Shown here in pieces: positions 21,091-32,314 of a stretch of DNA of 34,764 nt. The notes beneath the pieces are model-generated. The model searched no databases, was not told where the DNA came from, and was given only the letters and a program-made list of their open reading frames with translations. Position 1 is the first letter of the stretch. Each line of letters opens with the position of its first letter. Source of the DNA: Perkinsus olseni (lineage: Eukaryota). The stretch spans positions 1 through 34,764 of the forward strand of contig JABANN010000368.1 of NCBI GenBank assembly GCA_013115125.1, read 5' to 3'. A program made the position numbers and the translations under genes.

Positions 21091-22136
21091 TCACGAACGA
21101 GTATCAATTTGAAAGACCGCCACCTCGAAGAAGCACTCTCTACCCCTGATGTGTTGCTGTGCGACAACTACACGATCGTTCTCAGTGATAGTCAGATAGC
21201 AATGACAGCCGAGGAAAGGGTCATACCCGTAGGGGGACACATGGTCCAGCGTAGAGAGGACAGACCCGTACCAGACATCCACTAGGATGATGGACCATGA
21301 TAACGTAGAAGACGCGAGGTTCGTAGCCACGCATACCAGCTCATCACAGGAAGGAACGAACTTGCACATCCGCGCATCTTTGCACGGCAAGATCTTCTCA
21401 GTGCCATCGCAATCAACGAAATGAATAGAATAGCTTTCACTTCCATCGTCACAACCCACGCAGACGAACTGAAATTTATCATCATCCGAGCCATTACGTC
21501 TATAGCAATTACTTCCAGCGGGAGATCAGCAACAGGCTCCCACGCAAGACCGTCTACCGGGGGACGAAACCTGCATGATGACAGTTCTAGGTGGTCACTG
21601 AGGCCAGGTAGGCTCATTCTGAACAACTTGCAGTCTCCGTTCCCGACCATGAATAACTGTCCATTTGACACACAGTGAGTGTCTGACAGATTGCAGCTCG
21701 GGTGCTCACCGGGCGGTGCGGGAAGTATATCAACACAGTCACTGATGGAAAGGGACAATCGCACCAGCCAGTTCCTCTGCAGACCAAAATCAGGATAATA
21801 CAAACACTCTCCGTCGGTACAAATACTCATCGGCTCTCCATCTATTTCCAACTCACCAAAGACCGCCGTCACACCTCCAGAACTCACATCATACCGACTG
21901 ATCAGACACACATCCCCACCGTGTATTGGCTTAACACTAAAAAGGACGGAACTCCGCCCGAACGAGTATGTGAAACCCTCACGGCGGACAGTATACGAAG
22001 GTCATAGAATGGAGTCTGGAGTCGCCAGGAATGACCATATCGCCCATAGAAGGCCGTTCTCTGGTAAGACACGTCTATCATTGAGGGCTCGCAGTCGCAG
22101 GCACACCGCGTTACGCCGAGACGATTTCATAGCCAT
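21091..22136 (-). pseudogene. Array copy 11: full-length but disrupted
   Basis: ATG at 22136 (MAMKSSRRNAVCLRLRAL). In-frame TGA at 22002-22004 where paralogs have Ser. A 9-nt deletion removes GMD. A 1-nt deletion near 21486 (GCT CGG ATG for GCT CGG GAT) links ORFs 21282..21911 and 21091..21459. Confidence 0.85.
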
Positions 22137-22740
22137 CGCCGATGAGGTGAACTATCCGTCCCAGACACACAAATGCCTTCACGGCGGTTTTTCTCAGCCC
22201 CCACATCACTAGCAAGGACTGACGGCGCTGCAAATTCCCACAGGATGGCAAGCGAGAGGTAGAGATTACTTTCTATTGTTCTCAGTGATCCATCAAGCCC
22301 GACCTGAGTGTACTTCTGGTGACCTCTGTTCCGTTTCACGACAAATTGGTTTAGTAGAACGAGCCAGGACCAGTGTAACACCGCCATAGGTACGGAAATA
22401 CTAACAAGCGACTGCACTAATCCCGAATGCACACTCTGGGCGATACAATTGCGCTCAATCTCGCACTGTACTGGCGAGCACGGTAGAGATACTATCCGTA
22501 TCTGAACCGGGAGTCGAGACATGCTGGTTTAGGAATTTCTATAGCGGGCAGAGTAAGCCCAGCAGTCATACTCGGTAGCCAAAACAGTGCGTGCGAGCTA
22601 AGCAACCTGGCAAATGTTACACTCGCAAGGACGATCACATAATTGCCGCAAATACACCACTGAAAGCCCAAGACTAGCGATGAGAGGAAACAACCTGTAG
22701 AAATTTCATATCCAGTTCCCCGCGAACATCAAGCAATCGA

Positions 22741-23777
22741 TCACTGAAATCTCGACACTACAAACTCGTAAAACGCATCCTCATCACTCGAGATTTGCTG
22801 AGCGACAACTACAAGATCGTCCTCTGTGATGGTCAAATAGCAGTAGTTGCCGACGTAAGGATCGCAGCCGATGTCACACAAAGAGTCCACCGAGAAGACC
22901 ACGGACATGTCCAGAACATCAATCAAGCTGATGTTCCATGAGGGTTCATCGGAGAGCGGCCGGGCAGCAACACACACTAGCTCATCGTAGGAAGGAACGA
23001 ACTTGCACATCGACACCTCATCGTGCGGCTTAACGCTCTCATTCCCCTCATAATCAGCATAGTGGATGTATTCCTTTTCGGTGTCCACGTCATAGCCCAC
23101 GCAGACCAGCTTGAACTTGCCATCATCTCTAGCGACCACATCCATATCACTAACGTCGGACGGAAGATCAGCAACAGCCTCCCATTTGATACCTTCTACG
23201 GGACGGAGTCTTTCTTGGGCTGACTGTGCGACATACTCACTGAGCGGAGGTAGTCTTGTTCTGAACAGCTTGTGGTGTCCGTACCCATACATGAAAAGTT
23301 GTCCATTCGAGACACAGTGTACATCCGACGGAGTGCCGTAACCACCCTGTGCAGGAATAACACCCACACAATCGCCGCTGGAGAGAGACATGCGTAGCAT
23401 GCAGTTCGTCCGTGCATCAATATCAGGATAATATAAAATCTCGCCGTCAGTAGATATACTCGCAGGGAGCCTATCCACTTCAAACTCATCAACCACCACC
23501 CTCATCTCTTAGTATCGATATTATGTCCGCTCATCCAGCGTATATCCTCGCCGTCCTGTGGCTGAGTACTGAGCATGACGGAGCTTCGCCCCAACGAGTC
23601 CATCCCGCATATGAAGCCTTCGCGATGCACAGTGTACAGGGGCACTAGGGTAGGCCTCGGGGTCCCTAGGTATGACCATGAGGTCCACAGAAGGCCGCTC
23701 TCCCATGAACCGCATGCCTTGTCGAGAGCTTTCAAATGCAAACACATCGCCGAACGCCGAGAAAACTTCTTTGCCAT
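22741..23777 (-). pseudogene. Array copy 12: single -1 nt frameshift (pseudogene, split gene or assembly indel)
   Basis: ORFs 23502..23777 and 22741..23505 together make a full family protein. There are 17 rather than 18 nt between the His of GH and the Met of MRVVVDEF, producing an ATGA overlap. Confidence 0.8.
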
Positions 23778-24365
23778 TTTCACCGCCGAAAACAAAAAAA
23801 CCTCTGCCAAAACGAGCTACTGGCTCGGTCACATCCAAGCAAAGGTGACAACAAGAGAGGTGCCGGTATCAAGCCCGAGCCTGGATTGTGGGGATCTAAC
23901 GCAACGCGGGTAACAAGAGAAAATCATACCACACGAATGAGCACGCGCATATCAAGATATGTCCGGTGTTCGCCAGCGATGGCGATACTCTCGCAGAGAA
24001 CGGCAATCACCTCATCCGAGACGACTGTGCTTCTTTATGCTAGCTGCGAGTGCGACAGCAGGTACGGAAGGAAGGCGGAAACATCAGCAATCTCATACGC
24101 TTCCGTCGCAAGTCCAACAGCAGACGAAGCTTGCAACGATGAGTGAATTAGAACCGACGCTTCGAGCCAGGGAGAAAAAACGAAGCACAAGTTTGCGAGT
24201 GTGTTTTTCGCCGATAGTGCTGGTACTAAATGAGCATCTCCATCCAAGAACAGAGTCAGCATAGCAGAGGCCACTAACCTCAGGCGGTCAAGTGACTTGA
24301 GTGATAAGCCATAAGGTGGGTTAACACGAACCACACGAGGATGAGAGAAACTACAGTAGATAACG

Positions 24366-25428
24366 TTACCCGATCGAGAGCTGTAGTCGATAAACCGTCA
24401 ACTCGAATATCGCATCAAGCCCACGGTCTTTCTGCTGAGCGATAACCACAAGACCGTCCTCAGTGATCGTCATGTAGTTGCAGAGGACGTCATGAGGGTA
24501 GCCCTCATAGTGACGAAGAGCGTCCAGCGAGAAGACTACCGACATGCACCAAATATCAACCAAGCTGATGCTCCAGGCGAAATCATCAGAGTCTTGGCAG
24601 GCAGCAACACATACAAGCTCGTCAGAAGAAGGAACCAACTTGCACATCCGAGCGTCGACATGAGGCTTCACTCGGGCCTTCCCTTCATGATCGACTAAGT
24701 AGATGTAACACTCTCCGCTATGGCCATCATGGCCCGCACAGACCAGTTGAAAGCTATCATCATCTCTAGCTATTACGTCGATATCGGTTACTCGGGAGGG
24801 GAGATCAGCAACAGCGACCCACTCAACACTCCCTTTGGGAGCATTCCTGTCAAGGACTTCGGCTGCCTGTGTGAGGTAGTCGCCGGGTGGAGGCAATACC
24901 ATTTTGAACACTTTGCCATCCCCGTATCCCACCATGAAAAGTTGTCCATTGGAGACACAGAAAGTCTCTGACAGATTATAGTAGGGCTTTGCACCGGGTG
25001 GTGGGGGGAGTACACCCAGACGTTGACCATTGGAAAAGGAAGCGCAGAGCACACAACACCGCCCTGCATCGTCACCAGCATGATATAGATTCTCGCCATC
25101 AGTAGCAATATTTCCAAAGTCAATCTTGAGTTCAAACTCATCAACCACCACTCTCATGGTTCGCATCAGTCATGTCATGGTCACTGATCGTACGTAGACC
25201 CTCCCCGCCTGGCTCGGAACTCAGTAGAATGGAGCCTCGACCAAGACCGGCGACCCCGGATACGTAGCCCTCACGTTGTACAGTGTACAGGGGTGACACG
25301 GTAGGCCTCGGGGTGGCTAGATACAACCACATGCTCCACAGGAGGCCGCTCTCCGATGAGTCCGACGCCTCGTTGAGAGCTCTCAGCCGGAGACACATCG
25401 CGGAACGCCGAGATGATTCTGTTACCAT
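24366..25428 (-). pseudogene. Array copy 13: single +1 nt frameshift (pseudogene, split gene or assembly indel)
   Basis: ORFs 25141..25428 (MVTESSRRSAMCLRLRAL) and 24366..25166 together make a full protein. There are 19 rather than 18 nt before MRVVVDEF. Confidence 0.8.
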
Positions 25429-25639
25429 TTCTACCCATCCGAAGACGGCCAGAACCACGCCCTTCCTGATAATGCCCCATTCCCTTGACTCTCCACTAAT
25501 CAACACCAACAGCATGGGCGAGCTATGAGACAATTTGGGCGACGGTATGCGGATTAACACCGAGTCTGGTCTCACAGGGCAGACGACAAGTCGGTCACAC
25601 CTAGACGAAGAGTCTAACGAGAAAACTACACCGACGTCA

Positions 25640-26100
25640 TATCAATGAGGCCTGTAGTGATACTAAGGCATCGCAGAATGGAAGGGGACTGCACGTCCGA
25701 GAATGGACGTAGCACACCAGAGTTCGATTTCTCGCATGGGCCACACAGCAGGTAGGAGAATCCTTGCCATGGCGCGCATGAAACAATTGGGTCCTTTCGC
25801 TATCTCTAGCTATCCTACCAATATCAGGACCATCGAACGGGCGATCATCAACAACCTGCCAACTCATACGGCTCCTACCAACTCCTTCAAACTCATCAAC
25901 GACCTCCCTCATGTCCTGACTATTCATATTGCGACGTCCGCCCTTCTCACCGTTTGACTCAACACTAAGCAGTCAAACGAAGCTTCTTCTCTATGCGTGT
26001 AGTCCGCAAATGTCACGATCACGCTGTATAGTGCACGCTCTCGATAGGATAGACTCCTTAGGAGACGGTCACGAGATTCAGCGAAAGCCACGCCAAGACT
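25640..26100 (-). pseudogene. Copy 14: heavily deleted and degenerate family relic
   Basis: MNSQDMREVVDEFE and WQVVDDRP..DIGRIARD remnants, with large internal deletions and frameshifts. Confidence 0.75.
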
Positions 26101-27114
26101 ATCGGGTGGCAATTCTTGCCTAGGAGTGTAAGAGTCCGACCACACCTAGCTGGAGAAAGACCGATTAACTTACGTAGAAAGAGCATTCCTTTCGAAGCAT
26201 CATATCTCTCATTTTCGATCTACCCCCGAGCAAGCCCCACGGGTTACAAGCAAATGGCCCAAAAACCTACCGTTTCACGTCGGCCGTCAGCGAAAAAACA
26301 CGAGGCTATTTCCGATGATAGTGGCCGAGCATATACATAGCTATCCGCGAGCCACCCTTGTGGTCGCTCAATCGTTGCTGTGCACAGCTCAATCCCTGTG
26401 AAGGATCTGCCATGGGTATCAAGCCCTCTTCGAAGAGGGCGATGAGTAGAGTTCACGACAAGAGCGCTAGACACACTCCGCAGGCAATGATTCCAATGAA
26501 GCTTGCCAAGCGATGATGCACACGCGCATAGATACTTACCAGCGGTTGCCTTCCTGTGAAATGGCATTATGGTGATAACTAACCGCCAACTCGCTGGGTG
26601 AAGTCCAAAATCCAAGGAAGCGCGAGCGACAGGGAGGAAAAAGCAACAGAAAAAGCCCTGAACTGCGGGTGAATGCAGCAACGGCGTACCGGAAACCCCT
26701 CCCGAAACCCGACAGGCCAACCCGATTCCGGAACTGTGATCAACCAGGGCAACAAGCTGAAACACGAAGTATTACCGTGAGCAACAAGATCTTCGGAAGT
26801 GCCTTCTTGGATTTCGGGAATTACTCCACTCCGCCGAGGCGTCTTCGTCGGATGCTGGGCGCGCGCACAAATCGGCGCAAGATTCGAATAGGAAAATTTA
26901 TGCGCCCTCGAAAAATTCGCGGAAGAGAACAGCTTCGCATTACTTTATCATGGACAATCAAGCAGCCCTGCAGTTTGCCGAGGTCATCGCTAAAGAGATA
27001 GGGGTTCAAACAAAATGGTTGAAGGATATGGACCTCTCAGACGCCAAGCCGATGCCCACATCAGAAACGTCAGAAGGGCACACTACTCATCTTTGCTGAC
27101 AATTAACCTGCTAG

Positions 27115-28460
27115 GTACAAGTCGAGCTCGATAGCTAAGATTCCCTCACCCGCAGCCGTCGCCACCGCCACTGGTGGTAACTTAGAGGACTCCGTTGGCA
27201 AGGTGACGTTCTCGAGTTGTCCTATTGGATTGGCCAACGGTTTGCCATTCAGTCGGTGAAGCCCGTCCCAACACGAGAGAACTTTCGCAAGGCTATTTTC
27301 AGCTTTGGCTTCGTCTTTGCCCCTCAAGAGGAGCAAAAACGTCAAGTAGGCGTGTCATTGACTCCGGTCGACACATGGCCGGAGAAAGATTCTCGGGCCA
27401 TTGCCAGTTCGACCCTCGCCCCGCAAACAACACCGTCTACGGCACGAACAGCGAGCAACGTTACCCCCTACCACCCAAAGCGTTACGGAACACGGAGGTA
27501 AATAATCAGTTTGTCTTTGGTCAGAAGATCTAGCTCCGCCCCTGCTCTCAGTACTATGGCATCACCCGCAAGTGCATCGATGACTTCTACAGTACCAGCG
27601 GTGCCTTCGAGGCGGTTATAGAAAAGTAGAGGCTTCAAGGGCGATTCTTATGCTGAGCATGCCTTTATTCACCAAACCCTTGTCATGCCCTGAGCCTCGC
27701 GTTGAAACGAGAGTGAACAGCCTGTTGACAGTTCGTCTAGGCGATGAATGGACTTCGTCGTTCGCTACCTCCAACAAACAGGGAATGAGGCCGGCCCTTC
27801 AACTTCCGTCAGGCTACGACGAGGCGGCCGAAATTTGGTATTCACGGCAATTAGCTTCGTAAGCCGGCCCTGCATACGCCCCAAACGACTATTTTGGTCT
27901 TGTTACCTTCTCAGACGTTGATGGCCTTGCTGGTTATTGTCCCATGCGTCCTCGGCATGGTAAGGCAATGCCTCGCTAGTCCTCGGAGGACATTCGTCAG
28001 GTTCATGTCCGACGGTTATTGAGTAACCTTCGAGAGCGTGAAGCTAGGGACAAGGAAGGCAAACGGGAAGCTGCTCTCAAGAAGCATGCTCAGAGAGTAC
28101 ACTGATGGCTTCGATGAGGAAAATGCTGAGCGCTCACATGATTAGGAATCAGAGCAAGATAAGGGCGACGCCGAGGCGCAGACCCCGATGAACTTCAAGA
28201 AGGCTGTTCTGGACCTTCGTGAGTTACAGCGGTCTTCTACATTATCAGCCACTTCATTTGGGCCTTTTTTGTGAGAGCCCCAAGAAACCATGCGAGGAGA
28301 ACCGAGCCCAGAAACTGATGCTGATGCCCTGCAGTTACTAATCCCTTGTTACTCGCATGGTGGCGTGAGTTCACCAAGGCTCACAACGGAGAGGATGATG
28401 ACGAGGAGGCCGTCGCTGCGGAACTTTTCGATGAAAGTTGCTCCATTCAGCAGGGCGTGC
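27115..28460 (+). CDS. Multi-exon hypothetical protein; boundaries approximate
   Basis: Short coding-like segments separated by GT..AG introns, e.g. ...LEDSVGK|gtgacg...cattcag|SVKPVP... Intron 28219-28334 joins ...MNFKKAVLDL to LTNPLLLAWWREFTKAHNGEDDDEEAVAAELFDE in frame. The full model is not resolved. Confidence 0.5.
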
Positions 28461-28623
28461 CTCATGCGATTTCTACCAGTGTCGCTGAGGGGGCAGTGGC
28501 ACTGCAGCCTGACTAATTACCAGCACGACGTTGTACTGAGCCAGCGTGCGCTTTGGGTTGCTTCCATTTTTGGCCCTTTCCCTGACCGTACCGGTAGGTA
28601 GATGTTAGTTCTCCCAAATCACG

Positions 28624-31600
28624 ATGTCTTCTGTCACCGCACCAGCCATAAAAGTTCCATCGCCCCTAGAGAACCCATCTGATACCTTGCGTGGAGGGGA
28701 TCCCTCTCCTGGTCGTAGCGACAGCGATAGCGAAGAAGACAGTGACGACTCATCCAGCGCTTCGGCGGGCTGTGGGATAGCTAGCTCAATAGCCTCTAGA
28801 AAGACTGCGTTGCTGGAAACCCTAGCGGCAATAGAGTCATCCCAGCGAGCACGAGTGGCGGTGGAGTCGAAGTTGGAAGCAGCGCGGAGCGAGCTAGCTA
28901 GACTGGAGGCATCGAGGGACGCAATGTTGCGCGAGAATGAGCTGCTAACAGCGAAGCGAAGGTCAATCAATGCACAGTTGGAAGAGGCTCGCAAGGAAAT
29001 AGCATCTTCAGGAGGCAATGACGTGGTGGAGGCTCTAGCCTCAGCAGAGGCTAGGACTGTAGCGTTGAGAGAGGAAGGGGATGCGCTCGAAGCGGAGCGG
29101 GAGAGGACGGAGTGTGAGGTGAAGGTGGCTCAACTGAACTTGGCGGAGTTGAAGAAGCAGCTCGACCGCTGGCAAGGAGAGCTGGACCGGATCAGGGCTG
29201 CCCAGAAGGAAGCGGCCGCTGAGGATGTGGTGAACGACTTGAAGGAGGAAAATGCCGCCCTACGAGAAAAACTAGTTTCTAGTGATGAGTTGGAACGAGC
29301 TAGGATTGAGCTAACCAGGAAGGAAGCGGAACTTGCTGAAGAGCAACGTAAAGTTGAAGCACTGACGAACGAGCTAGCTTTGATGAGAGGCGATAGAGGA
29401 AGAGGACGAGGACCGATGGAGAATGGGGGAGACTCACAGTCAGTCACCCCACAGGAGCGGCTCGACGAGATGGCGGAAATGCTGCGGGAAAGCGAGTCCG
29501 CCCGAGCAGACCTGGATCGTCAATTGGTGAGCTCGAAGGAGATACTGCAGAAAGAGGTCACAGCGCTCAAGGAGCAGTTGCGAAAGAACGATCAGGGGGA
29601 GGGTGGCCTTGAATCTCAGACGGGTCGAGAACTCCATGCAGAAGGTGTTGAAGACGTTCGTGCCGCTAGCGCCGGTGACGGCGGCAGGGCATCCTTAGTG
29701 GTGTCGAGGAGGTCATCGGAGTCGTCTCGGAGCGTTGGGATGAATACTCCGATGAAGCTGGGCATCGATGCGTATGCGGGAACGGACAGAGTGCAAATTT
29801 TAGAGGCCGCGGTTAATACTGACCGGAATGATATTTGTGATGATGGCAGCGGCCTGACCTGGGCGGAGCGAGACAGGCTGGCACGAGAAGTCGCGGAGTT
29901 GAAGACTAAGGCGATAGAGTTCAGCAACAAGGCTAGTAGACTTGCAGGACTGGAACAAGAACTGAAAGGTGGGGAGAATTCAGGTTAAGGATGAGAAGGA
30001 GCGTCTCTCTGTTAGTGCTGGAGAACAAGAAGCAAGATGCTGTGGATACTCTGGCCATTATGAAACGGCAACTCGATGATGCGACGAAGGCCAAGGGGCA
30101 GGCCTTGGCCACAGCCAAGGCGGAGAAGGAACAGCTTCTCCAGGTACCTCCCATCCACTGTTCATCTCTCGCTCTCACTCATCGGAATATATACGCCTCA
30201 CACCTCCTCGCGATGCTAAGATTGATTCCATGTTAGGAACTCGACAACATGCATCACGAGAAACGACAGCTCGAGAAGATTGTGCACGACTTGCAGAAGA
30301 GCAAGGTAGGACTGTATTGTTGTAGGGGTCCCGATTGGGGAGGTAACCGTTTGCAAACGCCTTGTAACGAAGGAATGCGACATACGAAAATGAGGCCGCT
30401 ATGCCGCATGAAACAATGGGGCCGCTATTCCATGGTGCTGCTGCTGCTGCCAAGTGGTTTGGTGCCCCAATTTTCAAATGTTCCACTAATTTCGTTACAG
30501 GCTGTGTTTTTTTCGCTCGATCACCTCAATCATCAGGAAAGTCTCTGCCAAGAGGAAGAAGCCGCGCTTGTTGAGTATAGAGACGCAGAGAGGCGGCGAG
30601 GCGAGGTCAGAGATACGAACGTGTTGCAGCCGTTAGACCAGTGCTCAGGCAATCGAGAAGTTGCAAGTCATTCAAGAGGAGTTGAAGAGATTCTCCGACA
30701 CCAAGCAGGAGCTGATGGAGGCACAGAAGATGCGGGATTCTCTGGTGGATGAACGGGAGAGGATAACAGGTGCCTCCCCGTGATGGGTCGAAGGGTGTGA
30801 ATACGCAGTTCTTATTAGTTGAGATGAAGAGCGAACTTGACCATTTCAAACGGCAAGAGGCGGAGCTTCGTGAGGTCGTGAAGGGTCTCGAGTCCGAGCA
30901 CGATCGTTTGAGAAAGAGCGTGAGTACTCTGATGAAGAGCGATATTGCTGTTGTTTGGCCGTTCTGCATGGTTCCGTGCTGCTGTGTCAGGTAGCGAGCC
31001 TGGTTCAACGCCGGCAGAGTGAGGATGCTGTTTTGTCTAAGATAGTGGAAGTCGAGAAAGACACCGAGTCGGAAGCTCGTCGGCTTCAGGGAAAGATAAA
31101 GTCGCTGATGAAAGACATCTGCACGCTGACCACTAGACGGGACAAGGCTGATGCCGAGATACGAGACGCATATTCGTTGTTGGAGCAAGTAGGCCTTCAG
31201 TTGGCCGATAAAGAATCGCAACGTGATGGGTTGAGTGAGAAGCTCTGTTCGATGGAAAATAGACTGACACAGTGTGAGAAGGAGCGGACGGACATACTGG
31301 AGGAGATCCAACAGTTGCACCATTTCCGGGACAAGCTCGAGGTGAAGTGTGACGTCTTCGCTAAGGACTTCGACCGAGCGAATGGCATCCTCGACGAGCT
31401 CCGTTACGAGATCAGCATGCTTGAGCGACGAAGAGATGCGCTGCACAGAATGCGGAGTCGAGGGCCTACCAAAGGGAAATCGAGGTACTCCCGTGAGCAC
31501 GCGCCCGGTCAGCCTTACGAGTGCAACATTGGTGAGAGCCCTGAAGCTCAGGCCGTTATCTTTCCGACGAGGCGTCGAAGACGGTCGTAGCGATCCCTGT

Positions 31601-32259
31601 TCTGATGTGTTCCTACATGTAGCATTGGCGATCGATGTTCAAGCAGATTCCTCGATGTTGAGTTGTGATAGTTTGGGATGCTCCCAAAACACAGATGATG
31701 CAGAATAGAATGGAAAACGAAAAGAAAGGAAGAAACTCCACCGAGGCGATGCGCCGTTTGGGAGCGCACGACTCGTGCGGCACGAGATGGAAAGTTGTGT
31801 GTATTTCGAGCGCCGGGCTAGCGCTCTCTGATGGGCGAGTTCGTGATCCACGAGCGGTCGCAGGGATCGCGCGCTGAATGAAGTCGTTGGAAGAGGACGC
31901 CGATCAGATCATCGAAAACTCGACAGCAAGAGGGAGTTCCATTGCTAAACGACCTCAGAACCACCACTGGGTAGCTTGGCTCTCTTCCTAAGTCCTTCGT
32001 GGATTTTTTGCGTTCGTCAATCACTGGCGCCACCGGCGGTGAGATCTCCTGCAGCACAACCGCTGCTTCCGGCGATTCGCATATCCGGCCGCTGTCGTCA
32101 AAGCCACCGGAGAGCATTCGCGCTGATTCTCAAGGGGTTACTGCTGATGGTTCACAAGCAGCTGAGCTCGACGGAAGCCCCACTCGTTCGCTGGTGGAAG
32201 GACGGATCAGCGTCTCAGTCGGGGTTCGCTTTGGCTGGCGCAAACACGAGCTCCTGTAA
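28624..32259 (+). CDS. Large multi-exon coiled-coil protein; 3' end uncertain (31590-32259)
   Basis: E/K/R/L/A-rich heptad sequence. Frame-preserving introns at 29969-30015 (47 nt), 30144-30236, 30606-30648 (43 nt), 30770-30818 (49 nt) and 30920-30990. No motor or SMC ATPase domain recognised. Confidence 0.75.
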
Positions 32260-32314
32260 TCTAAGAACAGTACTTCATCTTTGGACAGGCAAATTTTTAA
32301 AATCCATATAATTG

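Noticed and set aside
5849-25528. Many 60-130 aa plus-strand ORFs recurring at equivalent positions in the array
   Set aside because: They are antisense shadows of conserved paralogous sequence with inconsistent starts and stops.
30607-31500. 297-aa minus-strand ORF, and similar ORFs at 28605-29930
   Set aside because: These are antisense shadows of the coiled-coil exons.
28624-32259. Naming the coiled-coil protein as myosin, SMC or tropomyosin
   Set aside because: No head or ATPase motif is visible, and coiled-coil composition alone is not diagnostic.
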